Positions 1-11,975 of a DNA stretch of 64,000 bases are shown piece after piece. Positions within the stretch are counted from its first letter, which is position 1. Each line of letters starts with the position of its first letter. The notes under the pieces are model-generated. The model was not told the DNA's origin. It saw only the letters and a program-made list of their open reading frames with translations, and searched no databases. The stretch covers positions 50,096,001 to 50,160,000 of the forward strand of contig OX597817.1 in the NCBI GenBank assembly GCA_951406725.2, given 5' to 3'. The translations under genes were made by a program, and so were the position numbers. This DNA comes from Octopus vulgaris. Lineage: Eukaryota.

Positions 1-171
1 AAATGGGATTTGATGTGATAAGTAGAAATATTAGAGTAACTTAAGGGGAAGAATTATAAGTAAACAGTCAAATGAATTCAAAGAAAACCAAATAATAAAA
101 TTAGAATTATTCCGTCATTTTGAAGGTTTTTGAATTGATGATATTTATATTGCCCATATATCGGCAAGAAT

Positions 172-203
<32 letters not shown>

Positions 204-217
204 CATACATACATACA

Positions 218-381
218 CAGGCACAGGAGTGGCTATGTGGTAAGTAGCTTGCTTACCAACTACATGATTCCGGATTCAGTCCTGCTGCGTGGCATCTTGA
301 GCAACTGTCTTCTACTATAGCCACGGGCCGACCAAAGCCCTGTGAGTGGATATGGCAGATGGAAACTGAAAGAAGCTCGTC

Positions 382-467
<86 letters not shown>

Positions 468-630
468 CGCTTGGCAACCAATGTTGGTGTGTTTAACTCT
501 CTGTAACTTAGCGGTTCGGCAAAAGAGACCGATAGAATAGGTACTAGGATTGCAAAAATTGTGTCCTGGTGTCGATTTGTTCGACTAAAAGCGGTACTCC
601 ACCATGGCCGTAGTGAAAGATTAAAAGAAT
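218..630 (+). mobile_element. SINE family S1 (tRNA-like head, CORE-like motif, internal (TA)n(TG)n)
   Basis: Head GGCACAGGAGTGGCTATGTGGTAAG, CTTGAGCAA CORE-like motif, internal microsatellite and CGGTTCGGCAAAAGAGACCGATAG body. More than 10 copies in the window. Confidence 0.85.
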
Positions 631-662
631 ACATACATACATACATACATACATACATACAT

Positions 663-729
<67 letters not shown>

Positions 730-760
730 CGTGTGTGCGTGTGTGCGCGTGTGTGTGTGC
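631..760. repeat. (CATA)n/(GT)n microsatellite
   Basis: Directly visible. Confidence 0.95.
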
Positions 761-989
761 ATGCACGAAATTTAAGGAGATGAATGAACAATAGCATTTC
801 AATCCGTGCTACATATGTTTCAGTGGTATGGTATTTTATTCATAATTGGTGACTCATGTTAACATTAAAATTAGAGTTGTGGAATACCTAATGCAACTAA
901 TTAATTATTCTTAACCTTATTATGTAATGATGTAGAGCTAATTTTAATTGCTTTATTCATTTATCAACTAGCTAATTATATGCTGGAAG

Positions 990-1280
990 CGACTGGCTTC
1001 CAGATCAAAGGAACAACTTGCTCGTGAGATTAACGTGCAAGTGGCTGAGCACTCCACAAACACGCGTACCCCTTCATCTACTTCTGAGGGAGATTAGCTT
1101 GACATAGAGTATGACAATAATGGCTCCTTGAAATACAGGTACTACTCATTTTTGCCATCTGAGTGTACTGGAGCAATGTGAAATAAAGTGTCTTGCACAA
1201 GGACACAATGCGCCGCCGGGAATCGAACTCACGACACCACTATCGCCAGTTGAATACCCCAACTGAGCCACGCGCCTTCA
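990..1280 (-). mobile_element. SINE family S4 (tRNA head, GTGTCCTTGAGCAAGACACTTT CORE-like motif)
   Basis: Matches copies at 59088-59370 and 61195-61515. B-box-like GAGTTCGATTCC on the minus strand. Confidence 0.75.
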
Positions 1281-1316
1281 CACACACAGACACACACACA
1301 TACACACGCATATATT

Positions 1317-1377
<61 letters not shown>

Positions 1378-2029
1378 TTCCGGAATTGTAATATTGTACG
1401 TTGAGGAGAGGGGAAATGTATGACAGCAAAAGGGAAATGATGTGTTTGAATAGAAATGAAGGACGAGAGTGAATATTATCTAGGATACGATATCAACATA
1501 ATTTCCGATAAGATTTTCAAATTGTAATGAGATAGTATGTGATAAGGAATTTGGATTAACACTAGGAATATTCTTCTATGGTGGTAAACAATAGTCACAT
1601 ACATACATACATACATACATGAGCAAGACACTTTATTTCACGTTGCTCCAGTCCACTCAGCTGGCAAAAATGAGTAGTACCTGTATTTCAAGGGGCCAGC
1701 CTTGTCATACCCTGTGTCAAGCTGAATCTCCCTGAGAAGTAGATGAAGGGTTACGCGTGTTTGTGGAGTCCTCAGCCACTTACACGTTAATCTCACTTTT
1801 TATCCCACCGTTGGTTTGCAGAATATATTTTCTATATGGTGCGATGGGGAAAATATTCATGGAATTAATTTACTTCTTGCACGATTATTTTTTAAACATG
1901 CGAACGCAAATCATGAAATATAAAACACGCATGCTACTAATTACCAAGCTCTAAAATCACTGGTTTTGTGCCAAAATTTGAATTCATTATTATCACTATT
2001 ATCTTAACACTATCCATTGTGATATTACT

Positions 2030-2684
2030 TATTTCTTTATTGCCCACAAGGGGCTAAACATAGAGGGGACAAACATGGACAGACAAAGGTATTAAGATTA
2101 CATCGACGCCAGTGTGTAACTGGTACTTATTTAATCGACCCCGAAAGGATGAAAGACAAAGTCGACCTCGGTGGAATTTGAACTCAGATCGTAACGGTAG
2201 ACAATATGCTGCTTAGCATTTTGCCCGGCGGCTAACGTTTCTTATTTCTTTATTGCCCACAAGGAGCTAAACATAGAGGGGACAAACATGGACAGACAAA
2301 GGTATTAAGATTACATCTACGCCAGTGTGTAGCTGGTACTTATTTAATCGACCCCGAAAGGATGAAAGGCAAAGTCGATTTCGGCGGAATTTGAACTCAG
2401 ATCGTAACGGTAGACAAAATGCAGCTAAGCATTTTGCCCGGCGGCTAACGTTTCTTATTTCTTTATTGCCCACAAGTGGCTAAACATAGAGGGGACAAAC
2501 ATGGACAGACAAAGGTATTAAGTCGATTACATCGACGCCAGTGTGTAACTAGTACTTAATTTATCGACCGCGAAAGGATGAAAGGCAAAGTCGATCTCGG
2601 CGGAATTTGAACTCAGAACGTAACGGCAGACGAAATGCCGCTAAGCACTTCGCCCGGCGTGCTAACGTCTCTGCCAGCTCACTG
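2030..2684 (-). mobile_element. SINE family S2, tandem trimer with Tx1-like 3' tails
   Basis: Three ~213-bp units ending (minus strand) GTCCCCTCTATGTTTAGCCCCTTGTGGGCAATAAAGAAATA. TSD CCATTGTGATATTA at 2014 and 2685. Confidence 0.9.
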
Positions 2685-3666
2685 CCATTGTGATATTATT
2701 GTTATCTCGAAGGCAGTGAGCTGGTATAATCATTAACGTGCTGGAAAAATGCTTTACAGCATTTCGTCCGTCTTTACGTTCTGAGATGAAATGCTGCCAG
2801 GGCCGACTTTGCCTTTCATCCATCCGGGGTCGATAAAATAAGGACCAGTTGAGTACTGGGGACGATGTAACTGACTCACCACAACACCGAAATTGTTGGT
2901 CTTGTTCCATGATTTGAAATTTATATTGCTGTGATCTCTGTAAAGGTGGAACACTGAGAAATAATGAATTTCTGTGAAAAGTAACCGAGTTCAAATCCTG
3001 CCAGTCAATTTAAACGTTGCTTTTTATCCCGCCGTTGGTTTGCAGTATATATTTGCTAGAGTCAGTTCAATAGGCTACAGATGTTCTAAAGCATCATCTG
3101 TGGTGGTGGGTGTATGTATTGTTATGTCTAAATTTTATTATGGAATAGAAATTTACACAGTCAAGGGGTCACCAACTAGACCAGGGATGTATCAAAATCC
3201 AATTAGTGTTGTAGCCAGAGACGATAACAACAACAGGAATTATAAAGCAGCTTAAATTCTGAACACATGGTTGCATGGATTATTCCATGCACAATAAGTT
3301 CTAACGTCCTGGATCATTTCCGCTGTTTACAGCAGTACTTGGAAGAAAGGTGTGTAGCGTGTGATCGTTGCATTGATCATGATAGAGAAAGTTGTCATGG
3401 CGATACTTGATCAGAATTTGATGCAAATTCTCTGCTCAGCTATCTCAGTCAAGGTCAACGCAACAATCACACGCTACACACCTTCCTTCCAAGCACTGCT
3501 GGTAGCTAGAACGGCAAGATTTAGTGCACCTGCACAACAGAGTTTAAGGTCAATCTATGCCAAGCGGCTTCACTTTCCGTGCTTTAGCTTCGCTACTATA
3601 GTAACTATCAGCATACTTATTGTTCAGACCACGTACACACGTGCATACTCAAACATGCGTGCACGC

Positions 3667-3694
3667 TCGCCCCCTGGTGGGTAATAAAGAAACA
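3667..3694 (+). mobile_element. Extremely 5'-truncated S2/Tx1 tail insertion (~28 bp)
   Basis: GCCCCCTGGTGGGTAATAAAGAAACA flanked by direct repeat TCAAACATGCGTGCRCGC (3649-3666, 3695-3712). Confidence 0.7.
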
Positions 3695-3800
3695 TCAAAC
3701 ATGCGTGCGCGCGAAAGTATCTATGTTTCTTTCCATATACGTTAATAAATGGTTCTGCGTGCATATATATATATGCATAAATGTAGAAAAACTTTATAAA

Positions 3801-3966
3801 TGGACGTAGGAGTGGCTGTGAGGTATGTAGCTTGCTCAAGAACAACATGGTTCCGGGTTCAGTTCCACTGCGTAGCACCTTGGGCAAGTGTCTTCTACTA
3901 TAGCCTCGGGCCGACCAAAGCATTATGATGGATTTGGTAGACGGAAACTGAAAGAAGCCCGTCGTA

Positions 3967-4007
<41 letters not shown>

Positions 4008-4225
4008 ATGTGTGTGTGTGTGGTTGTTCTCCCAACATCGCTTGACAACCGATGCTGGTTTGTTTACGTCCCCGTAACTTAGCGGTTCGGCAAAAGAGAA
4101 CCGATAGAATAAGTACTAGGCTTACAAAGAAAAAGCCCTGGGTTCGATTTACTCGGCTAAAGGTGGTGCTCCAGCTTGGCCACAGTCAAATGACTGAAAC
4201 AAGTAAAAGAGTAAAAGAGAGAGTA
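3801..4225 (+). mobile_element. SINE S1, full length
   Basis: Head, internal (TA)n(TG)n, tail CAGTCAAATGACTGAAACAAGTAAAAGAGTAAAAGAG. Confidence 0.9.
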
Positions 4226-5774
4226 AATGGAAGCAACAAATATCATTTCATATCCAATTTCCAGTTCTCTTGGATCTTTTACGTGTCTCTTCCTGTAGAG
4301 ACAACTAAGAATGTAGTGTAATAGCAGCGATTGTGGCGTCTTGGTTGCTTGATGATATCTAACATTGTTAAAATTATCATATACCTTTGAGACAACGCAT
4401 ATAAGACTCTCATAAAATCCAATTACATATTCTACTATTTCGTTTTATTAAATTGTCATTATCTTAATGAAAAAGAAAACCAGGCTGAAGATATGAGAAT
4501 TTTGTCAACTGTTTTACCTTGGCAAAAGCGGCTGGATTTGGAAGGAACATGTGAGATGTAATATTTAGAATCGTTGTCTTAAACGTAATACAAATTCTAA
4601 AGAAAGATTAAATGAAAGAAACAAACGAATGACTAGAATTATCAACACCGCTGCTGTCAAATTAGAATGTTCTCCCTCACTCTTCAGAGATAGTTACCAG
4701 TTGTTGGTTTAAAAGAAACTTTAAAAATCGACATTTTAGAGAGGAAAATTTAAAATGTAAAGTTATCTCTGCCAGTAAAGATGGTATCTTTTTTCTTTCT
4801 TTTTGTATCAACCTATGATGTCTCTATTTCTAAATGCCTTAAGACGGCAAGCTAGCAGACTAGTTAGTATGCCGGTTGAAATGCCTAGCGGCATTTAGAT
4901 GTCTTTGCGTTCTGATTTCAAGTTCAAGCGAGGTTGACTTTGCTTTTTATTATTTCAGGGTCGTTAAAATAAGTACCAGTTGTGTACTGGTGTCGATGTA
5001 ATCAACGTGCTCCCTCCTTGAAATCATTGTCCTTGTGCCAAAATCTGAAGCCAATATTTGTTAAAGGCTCATAAAATTAATTTATAAATCATACACAAAT
5101 ACAAACACACATCTTCTGTGAAAGGGGCATCCCACGCAACAGCAACACTAGATACGGAGGTATCAACTGGGAAAAGTACAGCAGACACGACAACAACAGG
5201 ACGATGTAACTGACTTACATGGTCCCCAGTACGCAACTGGTACTTAATTTATCGACCCCGAAAACATGAAAGGCAAAGTCGGCCCTGACGTCATTTGATC
5301 TTAGAATGTCAGTCATCACTACCTTTCAAATTGAACACAGAACTAGGAATCATGTCTTTGCCGCTCCCATTTCAGTAAAAGCGTAATGGAATACATGCGG
5401 AAAACCAAATTAAAACCAAAATTCTTCTCTTAACACTCTAGTTCTAATCTCAACTTAATCATATATCGTCAACGAATATACGTGTAAATTTCCTATCATA
5501 ATCTTGCATCTTTTCTTTAATTATCACTTAGATATTTCTAAACTAATAACACCATACAATTCTGAGAAAAAAACTCACAATAGTAACATATCTATTAATG
5601 TTATATTATGTTATTTCAACAGTAATAATATATGTATATTTAATATTATACCTGTTTCAGAAACATAAAACCTGATTTTAATTTCATCTTTATCGCCTTT
5701 GCTACTGAGAATAAACTAGTAGCTAAATTTCCAGTCATTTGCTTCTGTATTTAATTTCAAGCATAACACCATTT

Positions 5775-6090
5775 GTGGAGGTGCAATGGCCCAGTGGTTA
5801 GGGCAGTGGACTCGCGGTCGGAGGATCGCGGTTTCGATTCCCAGATCGGGCGTTGTGTGTGTTTATTGAACGGAAACACCTAAAAGCTCTACGAGGCTCC
5901 GGCAGGGGGTGGTGGGGACCCCTGTTGTACTCTTTCGCCACAACTTTCTCTCACTCTCACTTCCTGTTTCTTGGGTAACGCTGCGATGGACTGGTATCCC
6001 GTCCAGCTGGGGGGGGGGGGAACACATACGCCACAGAAACCGGGAACCGGGCCCATGAGCCGGGCTAGGTTTTGAAAAGGGCGAAAAGTT
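5775..6090 (+). mobile_element. SINE family S3 (tRNA-derived, Meta-domain-like centre)
   Basis: A box TGGCCCAGTGG, B box GTTTCGATTCC, central GGTAACGCTGCGATGGACTGGTATCCCGTCCAG...ACAGAAACCGG resembling the MetaSINE domain as I recall it. Copies at 57350 and 59380. Confidence 0.8.
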
Positions 6091-6339
6091 AAAGAATAAC
6101 ATAATTTTCTTAATACCCTTCATACAGCACTTCTACTAACAAAACAAAATTACTCTGAAATCCAAGGATAAAGTATTCTTGTGGATAACTTTTAAGAGAA
6201 ATAACAGTACACCCAATTTAGCAAGAATAAAAGCACTTACATAATTACAGTCTTCAAATTCTGTGTTGGAATCAACTCAGTAAACAAGTTTCGGCAAAGC
6301 TACCTTGTCGATTTATGCCGACTTATCCGGTTTTCATGG

Positions 6340-6632
6340 CGTATCCTAGTACTCCGTCGGTTAAGACGACGAGGATTCCAGTTGATCTGCTCGTGTACTC
6401 TTAACGTAGTTATCGGGGAGATTAAGTGTGACAAGGATGGCCCCTTTGAAATACAGGTACAAGAAGCAGGAAGAAAGAGTGAGAGAAAGAGTACAGCAGG
6501 GGTCGCCACCCCACCGCAGACTCGTAGAGCTTTAGCTCAATAAACACTCACAACGCCCGGTCTAAGAATCGAAACCGCGATCCCACGACCGCAAGTCCGC
6601 TACCCTAACCACTGGGCCATTGCGCTTCTACA
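6340..6632 (-). mobile_element. SINE with S3 head joined to an S4-type 3' part
   Basis: 6465-6632 matches the S3 head and body. 6340-6460 matches the S4 3' region (GACAAGGATGGCCCCTTTGAAATACAGGTAC). Confidence 0.65.
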
Positions 6633-7127
6633 CATGAATAATTAACATTAAAATGTATTACACTATACGGGAAGGCTATAATTCTAATTTTATTATTCAC
6701 TTTTTGGAGAAGTTTAAAATTTTTTCTGGCTGTGAAAACAATAACGGCAGCATTAAACAATAATGACAATGAGGTTTAGTATTTCTAATAATTGATAGAA
6801 TTTAAATAAATGTATTTTATTATCTTTAAGGACGTTTAAAGCTGACAGTTTTATCAAAACAACTATATTTAAATCAGAGACTGATTGTAATACGCGATGG
6901 GAAAGAAAGACTAAATATGGAGTAATATGGCTTTAGTCAATTAAACATATACTGCTTTTGTATTCTTATAAGGTATCATTTCATTTATTTCTACGCGTGT
7001 TGTTAAGAGTAGCTATGTTATCTTTGTAACAAATTATTTAAATTATAGTGTAAAAGAAATACACCTGAATGCAATATGCAACCAAACAGGGTAGTGTAGG
7101 AATGAATTATATATTAAATATCCAAAT

Positions 7128-7542
7128 AAGACGGCGAGCTAGCAGAAACGTTAGCGCGCCGGGCGAAATGCTTCGTGGTATTGCGCCTGCCGTTACGTTC
7201 TGAGTTCAAATTCCGCCGAGGTGGACTTTGCCTTTCATCCTTTCGGGGTCGATTAAATAAGTACCAGTTACGTACTGGGATCGATATAATCGACTTAATC
7301 CGTTTGTCTGTCCCTGTTTGTCCTCCCTGTGTTTAGCCCCTTGTGGGTAGTAAAAAAAATTGGTATTTCGCCCTTCGCTACGTTCTGAGTTCAAATTCCG
7401 CCGAGGTTGACTTTGCCTTTCATCCTTTCGGGGTCGATAAATTAAACACATTACGCACTGGGATCGATGTAATCGACTTAATCCGTTTATCTGTCCTTGT
7501 TTGTCCCCTCTGTGTTTAGCCCCTTGTGGGTAATAAAGAAAC
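7128..7542 (+). mobile_element. SINE S2 dimer
   Basis: Head GACGGCGAGCTAGCAGAAACGTTAG, B box GAGTTCAAATTCC; second unit starts at GGTATTTCG. Confidence 0.9.
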
Positions 7543-7639
7543 ACATATGTTAGATAGCCAATTAGATAAAAATAATAAACAAATGATTTTAATGACATAA
7601 TTTCAGTATGGAATGTATAAATATAAAATCTAATGAAAT

Positions 7640-8040
7640 GAGTGGAGGTTTGCATCCTGATCACACGGTTCTGGGTTCAGTCCCTCTGCGTGGCACCTTG
7701 GGCAAATGTCTTCTACTGTAACCTCGAGTCGACCAAGGCCTTGTGAGTGGATTTGGTAGACGTGAACTGAAGGGATCTCGTTGTATATATATGTGTGTGC
7801 GTGTGTGTATGTGTGTGTGTGTGTGTGTGTGCGTGCGTGCGTGCGCGCTGATATGCTTCTGTCTCTGTATTTGTCCCCCAGCATCGCTTGACAATCAGTG
7901 ATTTTGTGTTTTGTCCCCGTAACTTTGCGGTACAGCATAAAAAACCTATAGAATAAGTACTAAAGTTGATTCCTTCGAATAAACTTGATCAAGGCGGTAC
8001 CCCAGCATGACCGCACACGAATGACTGAAACAAATAAACA
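7640..8040 (+). mobile_element. SINE S1, diverged
   Basis: Similarity to other S1 copies. Confidence 0.75.
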
Positions 8041-8454
8041 ACCAAAGATCACATACTTAATATATGTGTTTTGTTGAACGTTAGCTGCTGCGGCCTTTTA
8101 TCTGGCAGAGATCCTTTCAGAGACGTATAGTGTTAAAATAATAACACAGTAGACTTCCGAAGTAGGCGAAACAAAACCTCCCCGGAAGGGAACGAGGACA
8201 GCACATATCAATTTTTCGTTGTATTTGTTATTTAAAAATAGTGCAGAATCTATTTGAACTACAAATAGTAGAATAAAATTCAATTTTTGTATTAGAAATA
8301 GCTCAATAATGCAAACATTATCACAGTCACATACTTAATATATGGGTATCGTCAAACTTTGAAAGTATACAGTGATTTTTAATACTTTATGAACCTTAAG
8401 AGATCTTTCCCACACGAAATAACACGGCCACAAGCGTTCAGCAACATACATAAA

Positions 8455-8887
8455 TTGGTTTCAAATTTTGCTACATGGTTAGCAATTTCGGGCGAGTAAG
8501 GAAGTCGAGTACATTGACTCCACTGCTCAATTGGTATTTGTTTTATCGACCCCAAAGGAATGAAAGGCAAAGTCGATCCCTACGGCATTTGAACTCAGAA
8601 CCTAAAGTCAGAAGAAATGTCGCTAAGTCCCTGCTTTTTTTTTTCTTTTCGTTGCTGTAACGATTCTGGCAGTTCGCTGTCTCGTGTGATATCGATAATA
8701 TTGGTTTCAAATGTTAGCACAAGGCTAACCTCGACCCCAGTGCTCAACTGGTACTTAATATATCAACCCCGGAAAGGATGAAAGGTAAAGTCGACCTTGG
8801 TGAAATTTGAACTCAAACACAAAGCCGAACGAAATGACGCTAAGCCTTTTCACTAGCGTGCTAACGATTCTGCCAGCTCACCGCCTT
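8455..8887 (-). mobile_element. Two older S2-head SINEs with an alternative 3' tail
   Basis: S2 head and body with tail like CTTGTGCTAACATTTGAAACCAAT on the minus strand. Confidence 0.7.
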
Positions 8888-9744
8888 GTGTAATATGGAT
8901 AGTATTAACAGCGTTGAGCTGCTTGTGGAGACGCACAACGTAATGGTTAGGGGTGTTGAACTCCTGATCATAAGATTGCGGTTTCGATTCCTGGAGCGGG
9001 CGACGCGTTGTGTTCTTGAGCAAATCACTTCATTTCGCGTTGTTCCAGTTCACTCTGCTAGCAAAAATGAGTGATCCTGTGATAGGCCGCGAAATTGTTT
9101 TTCCCCGAGAGTTCCGGACCCCTGTAATGAACTCATTTGCATACAGCAAATCAAAGCTCACATTGACCTTTTTGTCAAGTTCAAGGTTGACATTCAAAAC
9201 GGCAAGTAATTAGATAGATTTGCAACTATACCTATTATCGGATTTTGATAGAGCCCCATATGGTAAAGATGTGGATGGGAAAAATGTGGGTAGAGGGTGA
9301 TGCGCTAGCAAACCTCTCTCCTTTCTGTTTTACAGAGGGAGCCATGTTTGAAGCAAGAAAATCCCACGGCTTTATCAATCGCATTCTCACCTGGAATCGA
9401 TTTTTGTAATTTTTTCATGACTTATACAGGCCCTGATACCATTGGTAACTACATATCAAATTTGAGCGCAGTCGGATGTAGGATGCCCGAGATCCTAGAA
9501 GACACACAGAACGGATTTTATATAATAGATATATATGCGCGCGCGTGTGTGTGTGTTTGCGTGTGTACACGCTCGCACGCTCGTTTATGAATTAGTTTTG
9601 CAAGATTCCTGATGTGGAATCATGAGTTGAAACAGATATTGTTGTATTTCGGGGCAGTCATTTTTTTTCATTTGCCAAATAAGCACACGCACTGTATAGT
9701 GATGTGTTTATTTGGCATGAAGGAGACCAAAGAACTAACCATCC

Positions 9745-9781
<37 letters not shown>

Positions 9782-10029
9782 ACCAGCGTAAGTGCTTGAC
9801 TGCTATTTCATTTGATGCACATCGAAAGGATAAAAAGCAAGAATTACCTCGACAGGAGTCAAACTTAGATCGAAAACACCCGAAACAAGTGTAGCAAAGC
9901 TTTTTACCGACACGCTGTAACAATTTTACCAGATTGCTGTCTTAAATATAAATAATATTAGAATATCAGTAATCAGGCAAACCTACCTTAAGAATTATAT
10001 TAAAAAGACCGATACCACCAGCCGACGAA

Positions 10030-10336
10030 ATCTCTGAAAACGTTTGAGAAACTGAGCAAATATGAAGATCTGGAGAATGAAACCGGTAGGATGTGGCATC
10101 TCAAAAGAACAACATTACCTATTATTATTGAGACAAGTGGGGGGGGGGGGTATCAGGAGGAGCAAAGAATAATGTAAGCCAAATTCCTGACAGACCCGAA
10201 GTAAGTGAATTAAAAAAGATCATACTTATGATTACCTCACATATTCTATTTAAATTCTTCTCCATCTAAATGCAGCTTTGTTCACTCTGCTACTCAGTCT
10301 GCAGCTCGTATAAATAATGCAAAGCCAAAACATAAC

Positions 10337-10377
<41 letters not shown>
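10030..10377 (+). mobile_element. Dong/R4-like LINE 3' remnant ending in (TAA)n
   Basis: Translates to KTFEKLSKYEDLENETGRMWHLKRTTLPIII, homologous to the C-termini at 12070-12309 and 18992-19309; followed by (TAA)n. Confidence 0.75.
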
Positions 10378-10378
<1 letters not shown>

Positions 10379-11099
10379 TCAACAGTTCGACTCAGCACCT
10401 TGTTAAATGCCGACCAAGGAACACCAGAGTGGTGCTGTGCCTGAAAAACATCAAAAAAGGCAATACGGTAGACAATTACAAGCCGATAACCCGCTTGCCA
10501 CTTATGTGGAAGTTATTGACTGGAATACTCGCAGAGTCCATGCACGAACATCTGAGAGAGAATATTGTCTGAGAGAGGATATGTTCATTGTCTTCAAAAA
10601 GGCTCTCTGGTTTCTATTAGTATTCCCTTAAATTGCAATAACACTTGAAAAATGGTGGAATATTACATCACCCTATTCCTTTTAAATTTAATTGTAGAAA
10701 TTTGAAAGTAAGGTCTTCAATTAAAATCGATTTGTTTAAGAATAACATGTTACTATAATAAACAAATTTACCTCCCGTGAGCTATAACTTGAAAATTGCT
10801 TCTCTGGCTTTCAGCTAGTCACTTTCAAATCATAATATTTTTCATAATAATAATTTTTGACAATCGGAATCAAAATGTAATCAGAATGGAGAGAAAAAAG
10901 TGAGAGAGATAAAGATTGAGAGAAGGAGAGTGAATGAGTAAGTGAATGAGGGAGAAGGTGAGTGAGTAAATTAAAGAGCAGAAACAGAAAAACAAAGTGT
11001 ACTGAACCAAAAAGAACGTGCTAACAATTTTGATACTATTAAATTACAATTTAATAACACACACCAATTCACCAACATATCACATCCACCACCACCACC

Positions 11100-11136
<37 letters not shown>

Positions 11137-11816
11137 ACACAGACGCACAATTACACATTAAGATTCAGTTCAAATTAATCCTTCCAAAGAAATACCCTTT
11201 ACGAGGTCGCATGACTGCTAGAAAAAGCCTCGCAGCCTTGTCCACAGGGCATCTTTCAGTGACAGTCTTCCAAATCCACTTACTAGGGTTTTGGTCGACC
11301 CGGGGCAATACTGGAAGATACTTCCCAAGGTGCCACGCAGTGAGACTGAACCCAGAACCATGTGGCAGATTATAAAGAGAATATTGAGAACATTAAAAAA
11401 ATACGACCCCCCCCCCCACAACCAATGTATAAATTATTGCAATATAAGCACTAAATAAGTTTGTAAATAAAGAAACAGCTTTGTAAATATTTGCAGAAAA
11501 CTTGAGGCAATTACTTGACGGAAAAAAAAAAAATTGTAAAATTGCATCTCAGCAAAATTGGCAGAACGATATACGTACCTTAGCACACCGCAACGAATTC
11601 AAAAGAAAACCGAAAGAAAATATTGATACACACACACGCACACACACATGGTGTAGTGTTCTGCGATAGAAAATTCAACAAAAAAGTACTCCATCTGGTG
11701 AGAGAGGTAAATATTATTTATGTAAAGGTCAGAATAATATCATATACAGTATTTAAGAGGTGAGGAATTATGTACATTATTTACTTTGACGGATATTAGT
11801 CCTCAACTTTTTTATT

Positions 11817-11862
11817 AACACAACGTTTCGGCTGATATACCCTCCAGCCTTCATCAGGTGTC
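11817..11862 (-). ncRNA. Minimal type I hammerhead ribozyme
   Basis: GACAC-CUGAUGA-A-GGCUG(loop)CAGCC-GAAAC-GUU-GUGUU: intact core, stems I and II, and palindromic loopless stem III (AACGUU). Confidence 0.8.
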
Positions 11863-11919
11863 TTGGAGAAATTTCGAACCTGGGTTCTCATTCCTAAGGT
11901 ATTTTTCGATATGTTGTTG

Positions 11920-11972
<53 letters not shown>

Positions 11973-11975
<3 letters not shown>

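Noticed and set aside
120-802. ORFs rich in YI/HT/VC repeats (also ~16, 34, 48, 50.4, 52 and 61 kb)
   Set aside because: Translations of dinucleotide/tetranucleotide microsatellites and SINE S1.
2974-3684. Possible host exon(s) in unique-looking sequence (also 49181-49640, 62595-62914)
   Set aside because: No recognisable domain or convincing splice pattern; cannot be excluded without RNA-seq or BLASTX.
4180-4212. Hammerhead in the S1 tail (AGTC AAAT GACT GAAAC AA GTA)
   Set aside because: Resembles stem II-GAAA-stem III, but there is no upstream CUGANGA or stem I; more likely a LINE-type 3' stem-loop.
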